Positions 32,015 through 41,342 of a stretch of 64,000 bases of DNA are shown in pieces. The position numbers and the translations under genes were made by a program. How positions within the stretch are numbered: position 1 is the stretch's first letter; every line of letters starts with the position of its first letter. Origin of the DNA: Candidatus Marinacidobacterium sp. (GTDB taxonomy: Bacteria > Acidobacteriota > Vicinamibacteria > Marinacidobacterales > Marinacidobacteraceae); assembly GCA_965204755.1 (NCBI GenBank), contig OZ242011.1, positions 3,136,001-3,200,000 on the forward strand. Direction: 5' to 3'. The notes under the pieces are model-generated. The model ran no database searches, had not been told where the DNA came from, and saw only the letters and a list, made by a program, of their open reading frames with translations.

Positions 32015-33202
32015 ATGCCCAAGAACATCACCCTCGACTCGCTGACTGAGGCGTGTCTCGACAGTTCTTTCGAGGACGGGATCCGCATCGATTCCGAACT
32101 CGAACCCATCGGCGGTCCGGGCGGTCCCGTGAAGCCGGCCATCTACGAAGGCGGCCGGTACCAGCACGACAAGCGCTGGGCGAGCCCGGCGGACACCGAG
32201 CCCACGCCCGTCATCGTGGTCGACAATGTGCCCGCGCAGGCCAACCGCCTCGAGGATGCGTTGAGAAGGAGTCGGGTCGAGACCGGGCTCCCCGAGTTCC
32301 ATCTCGATCTGAGCGAACTCGGACAACTGCCGGCGCATCTGCCCCGGCAGTTGTCCAGCCTGCAGTTCCCGCATCGGAATGCGGACGCGTATCTCCGCGA
32401 CTCCCTGTTGGACGGTCAGGACTTCCTCAAGACCGGAGTGGGGCGATCCATCTTCGAAGCCACTCCGCAAACGGCAGGGCCGCTCGTGGCGTGGTTCCCC
32501 CAAGCGCTCCTCTACGGCTTCTGGCAGTCCCATCTCGGAAAGAAGCGCACGAACACCAAGCACGCGCGCGCTTGGGTTTCCGAGATCATCGGATGGAACC
32601 CGGCGGCGCCCGACACCCGGCTCTTGGGACTCAAGGGGGACGCGCTGAACCTGAGGAGTGTGGACGGTGTCACCTTCGATCCCGATGACGCCACTGACTG
32701 GCGACTGGGGAAAGACAAGACGGTCGCGGGCGTCAAGCACGGGCGGTTGTCGCAGATCGGCCACGGCCAAGCTCTCGACGAGGACGGCACTCCGGCGGCC
32801 GTGTCCTTCGCCCGCGTCACCCAGCAGGTGACCGTCTCCTTTGCACAACTCCGACGGGTCGGACTCGGTGGCAGGCACGGGGCCGACGCGGCCGCCCGGG
32901 CGCTGCTCGTCGCCCTTGGCCTGCATGCCCACCTCCTGGCGTTCGGGAGGGGATTCGCGCTGCGGTCAGGCGCGGATCTCCGCCCGACGAAGACGGCCGT
33001 GACCTGGCTTGGGGGCGCCGGCGACGAGCGGTGCGCCCCCCTGAGCGCCGAGGGAACGCAGCAACTCTTGGAAGACGCCGTAGGCGCCGCGCGGCAGCAG
33101 GGTGTCGCGCTCGACGGCTGGGGAGAGGCGCCCACTCGACTGACGCCGAAGCCCAACCTCCGAGCGGTGATCAGCGCGACCTGGCCGAGTCGCGAGGACT
33201 GA
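32015..33202 (+). CDS. cas7: Type I-G (I-U) Cas7/Csb1 backbone protein
   Basis: VKPAIY, VDNVPAQANRLE, PHRNADAYLR, PQALLYGFWQS, ARAWVSEIIG, SFAQLRR, LRSGADL. GGAGG SD. Confidence 0.9.
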   Translation: MPKNITLDSLTEACLDSSFEDGIRIDSELEPIGGPGGPVKPAIYEGGRYQHDKRWASPADTEPTPVIVVDNVPAQANRLEDALRRSRVETGLPEFHLDLSELGQLPAHLPRQLSSLQFPHRNADAYLRDSLLDGQDFLKTGVGRSIFEATPQTAGPLVAWFPQALLYGFWQSHLGKKRTNTKHARAWVSEIIGWNPAAPDTRLLGLKGDALNLRSVDGVTFDPDDATDWRLGKDKTVAGVKHGRLSQIGHGQALDEDGTPAAVSFARVTQQVTVSFAQLRRVGLGGRHGADAAARALLVALGLHAHLLAFGRGFALRSGADLRPTKTAVTWLGGAGDERCAPLSAEGTQQLLEDAVGAARQQGVALDGWGEAPTRLTPKPNLRAVISATWPSRED

Positions 33203-34626
33203 TGTTCGCCATCTCCGTCGAACTACTCCACGGAACATTCCGCGGCGACCCGGACGGCACGGCGAACACCGGCAATCTCGCCGCCGCGGAGTGGCCCCCG
33301 GCGCCCTCTCGCCTGTACTCAGCCTTCGTCGCTGCGGACGGAACGGGTGAGCGCTGCCGGCTGACCAACGGCGTGGAACTGGAGTGGTTAGAAGCCCTTT
33401 CGCCCCCGGTCATCCATGTCGACCCCGACCCGCCCCAGACCGAACTGCAGCCGCGCTATGTCGTTGAACACAAGGGAAGCGCGGTGAAGCACACCCATCA
33501 GGAATATGTCGGGCGGAGCGGGAAAATGGTCCGCGCCGGCCTGCGGGTCGCGCCACGCAACCCGTGGGTCGGCTACTCGTGGGAGAGCGAGGCGCCCGGC
33601 GAACGGACGCTGCGCGCCCTCCGGCTCCGCGCCGCCAGAATCGGCTATTTGGGGGCGTCCGACTCGCCGGTGCGCGTTCGAGTGCTCGATCACCGCCTTC
33701 CCCCGAACTTCCCCGAAACCACTCTCGCCCCCGATCCCGATGGCGATCGGTGGATCAATGTGCCGAAGCGCGGAGACCTCCGCATCCTGGATCGGATGTT
33801 CGACGCATGGACCGAGCACGGCGCCGACATCGCGCGATCTCAGTTCCCGGCCCTACGCCACGAAGTCGCCTACAGCGGCCCGGAATCGTCCGAGGCGGCG
33901 GAGATCGGACAGATGGTCGCCTCACTGCTCCTTCGCCCGGCCCTTCCGGGCCGACGAGTGTCGACGGCCACGGCGCTGTTCAAGGAGGCGGTACTCAGCC
34001 AGCACCAGCGGATCTTCGGAGATCCGCCGCCGATTCTCCACGGTCACGGCTTCACCAAGCAGGGTTACGAGATCGCTCGCTTCCTGGCGCTTCCTGATGC
34101 GGGACACCCGCATTCCCGGGGGCGGATCCATGGTCTCGCGCTGTGGACGCCTCCCGGCACGGAAGAGGCGATGAACCGGCGCATCGGGGAGGCGGCGTAC
34201 TCCATTCGCCGGCTGTACGGATCTGGCGTGGATATCGAGGTGACTCCCCTTCGAAGCGCTCCTCGCCCGCCGTGGGCAGCGGACCACACGCGGTGGCTGG
34301 GCCCGTCGCGATCGTGGGTCACGGTCTTTCCGGCAGTCCATGAGCGCCGGCGGCGACTGGACCTCGAAGAAGTCTCCCGGTGGTGCCGACACGCGGGACT
34401 TCCTGCCCCTGTCGGGTTCCGCAGTTCCCGCAGGCCGCTCGTCCCCGGAGCGGTGGACCTGGCGCCGGTCGAGGTGAATCGACCCGGCCAGCCGGGTATC
34501 CCCTACTGCCATGTGGAACTCCACTTCAATGAACCGGTGGTCGGGCCGGTCGTCATCGGAAGCGGCCGCCAACGCGGACTCGGACTCTGTGCACCGGCGC
34601 GGAAGGAGGGCGGGTCACCCGAATGA
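33202..34626 (+). CDS. csb2: Type I-G Csb2 (Cas5-Cas6 fusion)
   Basis: EWPPAPSRLYSAFVA, YLGASDSPV, SRSWVTVFP and C-terminal GPVVIGSGRQRGLGLC glycine loop. TGATG coupling to cas7. Confidence 0.9.
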   Translation: MFAISVELLHGTFRGDPDGTANTGNLAAAEWPPAPSRLYSAFVAADGTGERCRLTNGVELEWLEALSPPVIHVDPDPPQTELQPRYVVEHKGSAVKHTHQEYVGRSGKMVRAGLRVAPRNPWVGYSWESEAPGERTLRALRLRAARIGYLGASDSPVRVRVLDHRLPPNFPETTLAPDPDGDRWINVPKRGDLRILDRMFDAWTEHGADIARSQFPALRHEVAYSGPESSEAAEIGQMVASLLLRPALPGRRVSTATALFKEAVLSQHQRIFGDPPPILHGHGFTKQGYEIARFLALPDAGHPHSRGRIHGLALWTPPGTEEAMNRRIGEAAYSIRRLYGSGVDIEVTPLRSAPRPPWAADHTRWLGPSRSWVTVFPAVHERRRRLDLEEVSRWCRHAGLPAPVGFRSSRRPLVPGAVDLAPVEVNRPGQPGIPYCHVELHFNEPVVGPVVIGSGRQRGLGLCAPARKEGGSPE

Positions 34627-37409
34627 CGGACGAGCCGAAGGCCCCCTCCGGCGCGTCCGCGCCGGACTTTGCCGCGTTCTATCGAGCCCTCAACGGGCGC
34701 GATCCGTTCCCGTGGCAGGAACGCTTGGCTCACCAGGTCGAGGAGAACGAGGCATGGCCGGGCGAGATCGGTGTGCCGACCGGACTCGGCAAGACTTCGT
34801 GTCTCGATATCGCGGTCTGGTGGTTGGCCTCTCAGGCGCACCGGCGGCCCGCTGATCGAACGGCACCGACTCGGATCTGGTGGGTCGTTAATCGGCGCCT
34901 GCTCGTTGACTCTACCGCCGAGCACGCCGAGCGAATGAGGCAGGCGCTATCCGAGCCCGAAGGCGTGAGCGGCCTCTCCTCGGGCGAAGTTGCCGCGGTC
35001 GCGAGTGTGGCTGACCGGCTTCGGTCCCTGTCGTCGTCGGCCGCCGTCGACCCTCTCGAAGTGATCCGATTCCGGGGCGGCGTGGAGACGCGTACGCCGT
35101 CCGATCCCTCCCGGCCGGCAGTCGTCCTGAGCACTCTTCCGATGTTCGGATCCCGTTTGCTGTTTCGCGGTTACGGGTCGAGCACTTCGATGCGGCCGAT
35201 CGATGCCGCGATGGCCGGAACGGACAGTCTCGTACTTCTCGACGAGGCCCATCTCGCTCCCCACCTCCGGAGCCTGCTGACCGCGTGTTCCGAGTGCACC
35301 CCAGGCGCGCAACCGATCCTCGGCGTCCGCTCTCGCCCTCAGGTCACGGCGTTGACGGCCACCGGAGATGCCAGCGCCGCGTCTCGTTTCGATCTCGACG
35401 AACGGGACTACGCGCACCCAGTCGTCCGACAGCGAGTAGGGGCAGCCAAGCCGATTGAAGTACGAAGCATGAAGTCCGGAGGAGTCGGCCCGAAACTCGC
35501 GGAGGCGACGAAGGAACTGTTGGACAAGGCGGCGGCGCCTGCCACGGCCCTCGTCTTCGCCAACACACCGTCCACGGCCCGGGAGGCTCACCGGCAGTTG
35601 CGCGAACTGCTGGACAAGAAGGAGGCCAGAGTGTTGCTTCTGACTGGACGTTCGCGCGAACGCGAGTCGGCGCGGATCCGATCGCGGATCTCGCGTGGGA
35701 TGGCGGCGAGACGGGACGCGGGGACAGTGCGTAATCGCCATCTCGTCGTAGTGGCGACGCAGACACTCGAGGTGGGTGCCGACATCGACGCGGAGTACTT
35801 GGTCACGGAAGCGTGTGGCGTGCGCGCCCTCACGCAGCGGCTCGGCCGGCTGAATCGTTTGGGGCGCTTTTCCGATGCTCGAGGCGTCTATGTCCACACG
35901 CCGCCCAGGACGAAGGAAGCGACTTGGCCGATCTATGGTTCCGAACCGCAGACTGTCTTCGACAGCCTGCAGGCCGCGGCCAGCGACGGAACGGTGGACC
36001 TGTCCCCGGTGCGAATCACCGAAGTGCTGGGGCGCCCGGGGGACAAGCCCGGGCGGGCACCGGAACTGCTGTTCGGCATCCTGTGGGAATGGATCAAGAC
36101 GACGACGCCGCCCCCGGGCGAGGCGCCCGTCGAACCCTTCTTTTCCGGTGTACGTGGCAGAGACTTCTCAATCTCCGTTATCTGGAGAGCGTATCTGCCA
36201 AACGCGAAGGAATCGGAGTCGGGTATGCTTCTGTGGCCTCGCGCCACTGACCGGGAGGCGGTGGATGTCCCGAAGTCGGATCTCTGCAAGTTCTTGGGTC
36301 GAGACCAGGTTCTCCGGCTCGCTCACGATGGACTCGCGGTGGAGACCATATCTGCCGATCGGCTGCGGCCCGGGGACACCGTCATCTTGGCGGCCGACCG
36401 AGGCGGCCTCGACAAATTCGGATGGAACCCGGCGGAATCGACGACGGTCATGGACGTATCCCTCTCCGATCGCGGACTTCCGTTGGACTCCGAAGCCATC
36501 CAGCGCCTTTGCGGAGTGGGCACTGTGAGAGGTCTCATCGAAACTGCGCTCGGTATCCGGGAAGGCGACAAGGAAGTATCAGAAACAGACCGTCGAGGTG
36601 CCGTCGTAGAGATTCTCGACAAAGTCCGTAAGGTTACGAAGCCGGAGGGCTGGCGCCGGCGGGAGTGGAAGAATTTCAAGAACTCGCTCGCCGGCCTACG
36701 GGTTCCGCTAGGGCGGGTAGTCGCCCACATTCCGTGTCGAATGACCATTCCGGAGCGGCCCAGCGACGAACTCGACGAAAGGTCCCTTACGGACGAGGTC
36801 GTGGACTTGGAGAGTCATGGCCGTGCGGTCGGGGAGCGCGCGCGAGCGATCGCGGCCAGCCTCGGTCTCGACGCTGACCTGACGGAGACGGTGGAGGCGG
36901 CAGGACGCCTTCACGACATCGGAAAGGCGGACAGGCGGTTCCAGCGTTGGCTCGACCCAGACGGCGATCATCCGGAAGACTTGGTGTTGGCCAAGTCCCG
37001 CATGCAACGGCACCGATGGGATGCCGCGCGCGCCGCCGCCAGGTGGCCGCGTGGCGGACGGCACGAAGCTCTGTCCGCCCGACTGGTTCGACAGTGGCTC
37101 CATCGGCAGCCGGAATGGGGCGACCGTCGGAGGCGCGATCTCCTACTGCACCTCGTGGTCAGCCATCATGGCAAGGGTCGCCCTCTAGTGCCTCCCGTCA
37201 AGGACGACGCGGCTTCTGTTGTCTCTTGGATCGTTGAGGGCCTTGCTGTTGAGACTCCCGCGGACTTGTCCATAGTGGACTGGAGCCAACCGCGTCGCTT
37301 CCGGAGTCTGAACGGGCAGTTCGGACCGTGGGGTCTGGCGCTTCTGGAGGCGATCGTCCGGTTGGCGGACCACGCCGTTTCGTATCGCTCCCTCAAGGAG
37401 GAGGATTGA
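34623..37409 (+). CDS. cas3: Type I-G Cas3 helicase with C-terminal HD nuclease
   Basis: PFPWQ, PTGLGKT, VNRRLLVD, LDEAHL, VATQTLEVGADID, QRLGRLNR, then LHDIGK, VSHHG and LADH. Confidence 0.95.
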   Translation: MTDEPKAPSGASAPDFAAFYRALNGRDPFPWQERLAHQVEENEAWPGEIGVPTGLGKTSCLDIAVWWLASQAHRRPADRTAPTRIWWVVNRRLLVDSTAEHAERMRQALSEPEGVSGLSSGEVAAVASVADRLRSLSSSAAVDPLEVIRFRGGVETRTPSDPSRPAVVLSTLPMFGSRLLFRGYGSSTSMRPIDAAMAGTDSLVLLDEAHLAPHLRSLLTACSECTPGAQPILGVRSRPQVTALTATGDASAASRFDLDERDYAHPVVRQRVGAAKPIEVRSMKSGGVGPKLAEATKELLDKAAAPATALVFANTPSTAREAHRQLRELLDKKEARVLLLTGRSRERESARIRSRISRGMAARRDAGTVRNRHLVVVATQTLEVGADIDAEYLVTEACGVRALTQRLGRLNRLGRFSDARGVYVHTPPRTKEATWPIYGSEPQTVFDSLQAAASDGTVDLSPVRITEVLGRPGDKPGRAPELLFGILWEWIKTTTPPPGEAPVEPFFSGVRGRDFSISVIWRAYLPNAKESESGMLLWPRATDREAVDVPKSDLCKFLGRDQVLRLAHDGLAVETISADRLRPGDTVILAADRGGLDKFGWNPAESTTVMDVSLSDRGLPLDSEAIQRLCGVGTVRGLIETALGIREGDKEVSETDRRGAVVEILDKVRKVTKPEGWRRREWKNFKNSLAGLRVPLGRVVAHIPCRMTIPERPSDELDERSLTDEVVDLESHGRAVGERARAIAASLGLDADLTETVEAAGRLHDIGKADRRFQRWLDPDGDHPEDLVLAKSRMQRHRWDAARAAARWPRGGRHEALSARLVRQWLHRQPEWGDRRRRDLLLHLVVSHHGKGRPLVPPVKDDAASVVSWIVEGLAVETPADLSIVDWSQPRRFRSLNGQFGPWGLALLEAIVRLADHAVSYRSLKEED

Positions 37410-38317
37410 TGCCTTCGATTGCCTGTCCGGGTCTTCCCGGTGAATGGATCAATGGATGGCTGGCCGCCGTCGGTGCGACCGTGTTGGATTCGCGGCTCCG
37501 ACTGTGCTGGACCGATGAGGTCACTCCCGTGGCGGTTCTGGCATCCGAGGACGATCCGGTCAGGATCGTCTCCGAGGCGTGGCCGCGGTTCGAAGCCGTG
37601 GAAGACCTGCCGCTCGCCCATGAGTGGCGTGGCGAACCCGTGCTAGGGCGCCAACGGGGATCCGGGCGCAGGGTTCCGGTGGAGGCTTTCGCCTCGCGAG
37701 CACGGGTGGCGCGAGGTCACCCGCAATCGTGGTCACTGTCCTCGAGCCTGACGGATCTCCATGTGGACGAGAATGGAGACGTGAAGCACGCCCATTTCGA
37801 CCCAACGGCGCCGGCAGGCACTTGGCTTCATCGCCGGCTTCTGAGAGTCCATCGTAGGGTCACTCCCTCCATCGAAGTCCTCACGGATGCCCTCTTGGGG
37901 CTGGCCGTTCGCATAGAGGATAACGGGCTCGGTTTCGATCACCGGCGCCTCGGCTCCCAGTCGGACAATTCGAGAAGGCGTGTCGATCCGGTCGTGGAGT
38001 CGCTGGCCTTTTTCGGGCTGGCTCTTCTTCCGGTTCGCGGGCGCGGAACCGATGGCCGTATCGGTGGTCGAGAAGCGCTTGCCCTCCAGCGGGGATGGCG
38101 TAGCGCCGAATTTGGTAATGACCAAGAGCAATCCTTTCAGTGGCCCGCGTGGTCCCAGCGTCTCGATCGTCACGGGATAGATGCGCTTCTCGACATCTGG
38201 CGACCCGACAAGAAGCACCTCTGGAATAGAGTTGGCGTTCATGCCGCGTGGGAGACAGTGCAGTACCAATCGCGCGGCCGGGAGCGGACTCGAGCCTTCG
38301 GATCGCACCGACTGTGA
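37409..38317 (+). CDS. Compact type I-G large subunit (Cas8g; Cas8u2/Csb3-like)
   Basis: Lies between cas3 and cas4 with overlapping stop/start codons. GWLAAVG N-terminus, GLGFD, VESLAFFGLALLPV and FQWPAW. Confidence 0.7.
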   Translation: MPSIACPGLPGEWINGWLAAVGATVLDSRLRLCWTDEVTPVAVLASEDDPVRIVSEAWPRFEAVEDLPLAHEWRGEPVLGRQRGSGRRVPVEAFASRARVARGHPQSWSLSSSLTDLHVDENGDVKHAHFDPTAPAGTWLHRRLLRVHRRVTPSIEVLTDALLGLAVRIEDNGLGFDHRRLGSQSDNSRRRVDPVVESLAFFGLALLPVRGRGTDGRIGGREALALQRGWRSAEFGNDQEQSFQWPAWSQRLDRHGIDALLDIWRPDKKHLWNRVGVHAAWETVQYQSRGRERTRAFGSHRL

Positions 38318-38935
38318 TTCCGGAGCCCATCGTACGGATATCGGCGATCGAGCACTTCGTCTACTGCCAGCGGCAGTGCGCCCTCATCCACGGCGACGGC
38401 GTGTGGAGCGACAATCAACGTACGGTTCAGGGTCAACGAGCCCATCGCCGGGTGGACAGCGGGCGCCATCGCCAGGAGCGAGGTCGGCAGGTCCTGCGTG
38501 CTATCCCGGCTGTGGTCGGAGGCGCTCGGCCTGACGGGTCGAGCTGATGTGATCGAGATCGAGAATGATGGCGCTGTTCGTCCGGTGGAGTACAAGTCCG
38601 GCGTCCGGCACGGGTCGGCGGCCGATCTGCAGTTGTGCGCCCAAGCCCTCTGTCTCGAAGAGATGCTCGAAGTCGAGATCCCGTTCGGGTTCGTCTGGTA
38701 CGGAGGCCCTCGTCGCCGGGAGCGGGTCGCGTTTACTCCAGGCCTGCGGGGGGAAGTGTGCGGAGCGATCCGAGCCATTCGAGAACAATTGATTGCGGGC
38801 GCGCTCCCCGAGGCGCCGAACGACCGCCGATGCACCGAGTGTCAGTTGCGTCATCACTGTCTTCCCGAGGTGACGAGCGCCCCCGATCGGGTAACCCGCT
38901 ACCTGAGAGGAGTTGTCTTCGCGTGCGATACCTGA
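38314..38935 (+). CDS. cas4: Cas4 exonuclease with a +1 frameshift near 38508
   Basis: ISAIEHFVYCQRQCAL in the first frame; GRADVIE, PVEYKSG, QLCAQALCLEEM and CTECQLRHHC in the second. ATCCCGGCTGTGG has one more G than the expected ATC CCG CTG TGG. Confidence 0.9.
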
Positions 38936-39939
38936 GCACCGTCTATATGCGCGAGCACCGGGCGAAGGTGCGCCATCGGCGAGGTTCGCTGGTCGTCTCG
39001 ACGCCCGACGGCAACCACAGGATCCCTCTTGAGGGAGTCGATGCCGTTGTCCTGCTCGGCGGCGGACAACTGACCACCCAGGCCCTCGATGCGTGCGTTC
39101 GCAGCGGCGTGCGGGTGTCCGCACTCCGGCTCGGCGGCTCGGTACGGTTCATCGTGGGGAGCGCTACAGGAGGGAATGTCCATCTTCGCGCGGCCCACTA
39201 TGGTGCGATGGCGGACGAAGAGCAGTTCCTCGCACTCTCCAAGGCGTTTGTGGCGGCGAAACTGCAGAACAGCCGAAGAGTCGTGTCGCGCTGGGCCAGG
39301 GACGAGAACGACTCGGATCGAGCGGAAGAACTTGCGGAGCGAGGCCGACAGATCGGACAGCGCGTTGCCAGATTGGTAGGGGCGCCGGACGCCGACCATG
39401 TTCGTGGAGTGGAAGGCGACTCTGCGCGGATCTACTTCCGCGCCGTCCGATACGCCCTCTCCAAGAGCCGCTTTCCGTTCACCGGGCGTAACCGGAGACC
39501 GCCTCGAGACCCGGTGAACGCGATGCTGGGCTTCTGCTACGGCTTGCTCGTGACCGAGTTGGTCGGGGCTCTGGAGAGCGTCGGACTGGACTACCAGATG
39601 GGCTTCTTCCACCGCCCCAGATCAGGGCGCCCGTCGCTGGCTCTCGACTTGGTCGAGGAACTTCGCACCGTCACCGATCGCTTCGTCGTGTCTCTGGTGC
39701 GGCGGCGACAGGTTGGCGAGGACAGTTTCACGCGGATGCCGGGAGGCGGCGTCTATCTCAGTGATGAGGGGCGCACCTACCTTCTCGGCGCGTGGGAAAA
39801 GCACAAGGAAGACGAGTTCCATCACGCCGTGTGCGATCGCAGGGTGGCTAGGTGGGCACTGCCGTCCGTCCAGGCGACGCTTCTCGCCCGCCACCTGCGC
39901 GGCGACCTGCCCCGGTATCCCCCGTTCGTTCTTCCATAG
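38923..39939 (+). CDS. cas1: Cas1 integrase (I-C-like)
   Basis: RGVEGDSARIYF, RNRRPPRDPVNAMLGFCY, GFFH, SLALDLVEELR and QATLLARHLRGDLPRYPPF. Confidence 0.96.
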   Translation: MRYLSTVYMREHRAKVRHRRGSLVVSTPDGNHRIPLEGVDAVVLLGGGQLTTQALDACVRSGVRVSALRLGGSVRFIVGSATGGNVHLRAAHYGAMADEEQFLALSKAFVAAKLQNSRRVVSRWARDENDSDRAEELAERGRQIGQRVARLVGAPDADHVRGVEGDSARIYFRAVRYALSKSRFPFTGRNRRPPRDPVNAMLGFCYGLLVTELVGALESVGLDYQMGFFHRPRSGRPSLALDLVEELRTVTDRFVVSLVRRRQVGEDSFTRMPGGGVYLSDEGRTYLLGAWEKHKEDEFHHAVCDRRVARWALPSVQATLLARHLRGDLPRYPPFVLP

Positions 39940-39943
39940 CGCC

Positions 39944-40234
39944 GTGGACATCCTGCTCACCTACGACATCGCCGAAACCGATGGGGCAGGGGCTTTGCGG
40001 CTTCGTCGAGTCGCCAAGGTGTGCGAGAAGTACGGCGAGCGGGTCGAACTGTCGGTCTTCGAGTGCCGCCTGTCGCCGGCGCGCTTCGCCCGCCTGGTCG
40101 GCGAGGTGCGGGATGTGATCGACGAGGATCGGGATTCGGTGATCGTGTACCGGTTTCCGGGAGACCTGGGCGAGGGGAGGCTCCGTCTCGGACGGAGCCG
40201 GGGACGCGAACTGGGCCAACCGTGGGTCATCTGA
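39944..40234 (+). CDS. cas2: Cas2
   Basis: ILLTYDI, RLRRVAKVCEKYGERVELSVFEC, DSVIVY. Confidence 0.93.
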   Translation: MDILLTYDIAETDGAGALRLRRVAKVCEKYGERVELSVFECRLSPARFARLVGEVRDVIDEDRDSVIVYRFPGDLGEGRLRLGRSRGRELGQPWVI

Positions 40235-40417
40235 GCGATCTGCGAACCTCCGGTGATTCGGGCGGCCGGTCGCGCTCGCAACCCGGAAACGGCGTGTGTG
40301 GAGTCGGGAATTGCCATGAATTGAGTAGAATCGGGTCCGTACCGTGGGAGTCATACCGCCGACTCGCGTGATCAAAGCCGTTTTGTGCCCGAAAACGGCC
40401 GTCTCCGCGGATTAGCC
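40235..40417 (+). promoter_or_regulatory. CRISPR leader
   Basis: Non-coding, relatively AT-rich stretch between cas2 and the first intact repeat. TAGAAT -10 candidate at 40326-40331. Confidence 0.7.
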
Positions 40418-41117
40418 CTCGTAGCCGGGGGTAATCTCCGGCCTTCGTTGAGCGCGAGGCCCTACCCGGCCCCCGGCGCCCAACTGGCCCCCTCGTAGCC
40501 GGGGGTAATCTCCGGCCTTCGTTGAGCGGACCGGGCGAACCGGAAGGTGGTCTGGTTCGATGACCTCGTAGCCGGGGGTAATCTCCGGCCTTCGTTGAGC
40601 GGCCTGGTCCGAGGCCAGAGAGCGCGCTTGGTGCTGCCGCTCGTAGCCGGGGGTAATCTCCGACCTTCGTTGAGCGAATCTCAGCATGGACCACGGGATC
40701 GCGGGGAGGGTGCTCGTAGCCGGGGGTAATCTCCGGCCTTCGTTGAGCGTGCCCCATGTCCGACAGGTGCGGAATCACCTTGCGCTCGTAGCCGGGGGTA
40801 ATCTCCGGCCTTCGTTGAGCGGCGATGTACGCGATTTGGTTGGTCTTCACCGTGCCGCTTCGTAGCCGGGGGTAATCTCCGGCCTTCGTTTGAGCGCAAT
40901 CTACGCCACCCGTGCGAGCGGCGTCTGCTATCTCCGTAGCCGGAGTTAGCCTTCCGGCTTCGTTGAGCGGGTCCATCCGCCCGCCCTCGGGGAAAACCAC
41001 GCCACTCGTCGCCGGACGGCCCCTTCTGGCCTTCGTTGAGCGAGGAGCGTTACCGGCGTCAAATCCCTAAACTGGGGCCAGTCGCCGGGGGCGGAAGTCC
41101 CGGGCCTTCAGGTGCCG
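40418..41117 (+). CRISPR. CRISPR array, 37-bp repeat CTCGTAGCCGGGGGTAATCTCCGGCCTTCGTTGAGCG; about 10 repeats (last 3 degenerate) and 9 spacers of about 35-38 bp
   Basis: Repeats start at 40418, 40492, 40565, 40640, 40713, 40785, ~40858, ~40932, 41005 and ~41079. Internal GCCGG...CCGGC hairpin. Spacers are unique. Confidence 0.97.
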
Positions 41118-41148
41118 ACAGGGGAGGATCGTTTCGCCGCGGATCCCG

Positions 41149-41196
41149 CCGTTGAAGGACTCCCCCGTTGAAGGACTCCCCCGTTGAAGGACTCCC
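41149..41196 (+). repeat. 16-bp direct repeat x3 (CCGTTGAAGGACTCCC)
   Basis: GTTGAAGGACTCCC at 41151, 41167 and 41183. Confidence 0.85.
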
Positions 41197-41342
41197 TCGG
41201 GCCGATCCGGCGATCAAAATGCTTTCTTGACCAAGAGACTTGGGTTGCCGACTCCTGCGTTGGCGGTAGATCGGACCGGCCCTCTCGGCCGCATGTGCCC
41301 GGCTCTCCCGAACAGGTGCCGTGTGGTTTCATTCGGGGCATC

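Noticed and set aside
40455-41078. Self-targeting spacers
   Set aside because: No match to the window found by eye. The rest of the genome cannot be checked here.
30352-41340. Integrase, transposase, tRNA or att sites bounding the CRISPR island
   Set aside because: None detected. Only the compositional shift suggests lateral origin.
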